64,000 bases of DNA from Pedosphaera sp. (GTDB lineage Bacteria > Verrucomicrobiota > Verrucomicrobiia > Limisphaerales > SIBH01). Made by a program: the position numbers and the translations under genes. The notes beneath the pieces are model-generated. The model ran no database searches. It was not told the origin of the DNA and was given only the letters and a program-made list of their open reading frames with translations. This document shows, piece after piece, positions 63,169 to 64,000 of the stretch. The stretch covers positions 1-64,000 of the forward strand of contig JANOQV010000305.1 of NCBI GenBank assembly GCA_031414955.1, read 5' to 3'. How positions within the stretch are numbered: position 1 is the first letter of the stretch; the number at the start of each line of letters is the position of its first letter.

Positions 63169-63633
63169 ATGGCTGTTGTCTCCGGCATTTTCTCGAAGCG
63201 CCGCTTCATCCTCGGCGGCGCGGCGGCGGTGTGGCTGCTCTTCGCCGCCTCTTTCCTGATGCCTGTGATGCAGGACGCGAACATGCTCGGCTGGCAGGCC
63301 TTCTGGTTTTATCTGAGCAAGACTTTGGACCCGGTGGATTTCTGGCGGCATGTGCAGACCGATCCGGTGGACGCGCTGGTGGTTACCTTCACCTCGACGA
63401 ACGGTTCCATGCTCCTCGCGCCGGTGCTGCTCTGGCGCGGGTCGCGCTGGTCCGCGTGGCTGGGTTTCTTTTTGGTGCTCGGCGGGTTGGTGCCGTGCGT
63501 GGCTTTCCACGAGATGGTCGTGAAAAATGAATTGCGCTGCGGCTTCTACTGCTGGGTCGGCAGCATTTTTCTCATGGCCGGCGCGGGCTTTTGGAACTGG
63601 CTCTGGTACCGACGCCAGGCTGGGCGCAGGTGA
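63169..63633 (+). CDS. Hypothetical membrane protein (about 4 TM)
   Basis: Four hydrophobic segments and a GFYCWVGS motif near the C-terminus. Confidence 0.65.
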   Translation: MAVVSGIFSKRRFILGGAAAVWLLFAASFLMPVMQDANMLGWQAFWFYLSKTLDPVDFWRHVQTDPVDALVVTFTSTNGSMLLAPVLLWRGSRWSAWLGFFLVLGGLVPCVAFHEMVVKNELRCGFYCWVGSIFLMAGAGFWNWLWYRRQAGRR

Positions 63634-63661
63634 GCCGCGGGTTGCGCGCAGGATTTTTCTG

Positions 63662-64000
63662 CTAATGCCTCCGAAACACCAACTGATGATCGAGGCGTTT
63701 GGTCTGGCTGTATTCGAGCGGTGGCAGGTTGGTGTTCGTGGGCGAGGCGGTTTCGTTCAAAATTGATTTGGCCATCACTTGCATGTTCGTCCAGCGCACC
63801 CAGTCCAGCGCCGGGGAATGCGCGATGCGCCGCAGGGTGCTCCGCCATTCGATGATGATGCGGTCGATGTCGCCCGGTCCGAGCGCTTCGGTGATCCAGC
63901 GGGATTTGGTGAGCGGATCATGGTGGACGCTTCGCACCACTTCGTGAGCACCCCAGCCGTAGCCGGGCGGCACTCCGTTCTCCAAGTAACCGGGGATGGA
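63662..64000 (-). CDS. Hypothetical protein, 3' part (start outside window)
   Basis: Frame open to the window edge with protein-like composition (GVPPGYGWGAHEVV…EWRSTLRRIAHSPALDW). No family recognised. Confidence 0.55.
   Translation of the reverse strand, partial: SIPGYLENGVPPGYGWGAHEVVRSVHHDPLTKSRWITEALGPGDIDRIIIEWRSTLRRIAHSPALDWVRWTNMQVMAKSILNETASPTNTNLPPLEYSQTKRLDHQLVFRRH

Overview
GC-rich bacterial chromosomal segment, most consistent with Verrucomicrobiota (PVC superphylum). The supporting signs are PVC-type heme-binding CxxCH proteins, Ig/lamin-tail/CotH surface proteins and a WD40 kinase. It holds about 30 genes. Housekeeping genes: rpoD, HU, infA, sdhCAB, gluQ, a TrmH methyltransferase, TolC, HDAC, a nitrilase and PfpI. 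Signalling genes: two Ser/Thr kinases, plus a CHASE2 adenylate cyclase next to a FecR-TPR-beta-barrel receptor. There are also several very large secreted modular proteins. I saw no rRNA, tRNA, CRISPR array, transposase or integrase. The most unusual signals are: (1) an ORF6N-domain gene between sdhA and sdhB, whose conserved RSQIVT peptide is encoded by a DNA palindrome that also occurs as a perfect 27-bp non-coding palindrome just upstream and again, duplicated, inside the gene; (2) heptamer tandem repeats inside coding sequences, one pair lying exactly at a frameshift in a PVC heme protein; (3) several families of REP-like inverted-repeat elements, one nested and supplying a stop codon; (4) a shared C-terminal domain on four large surface proteins, a possible sorting signal. 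All family calls come from motif recognition by eye; no database searches were run.
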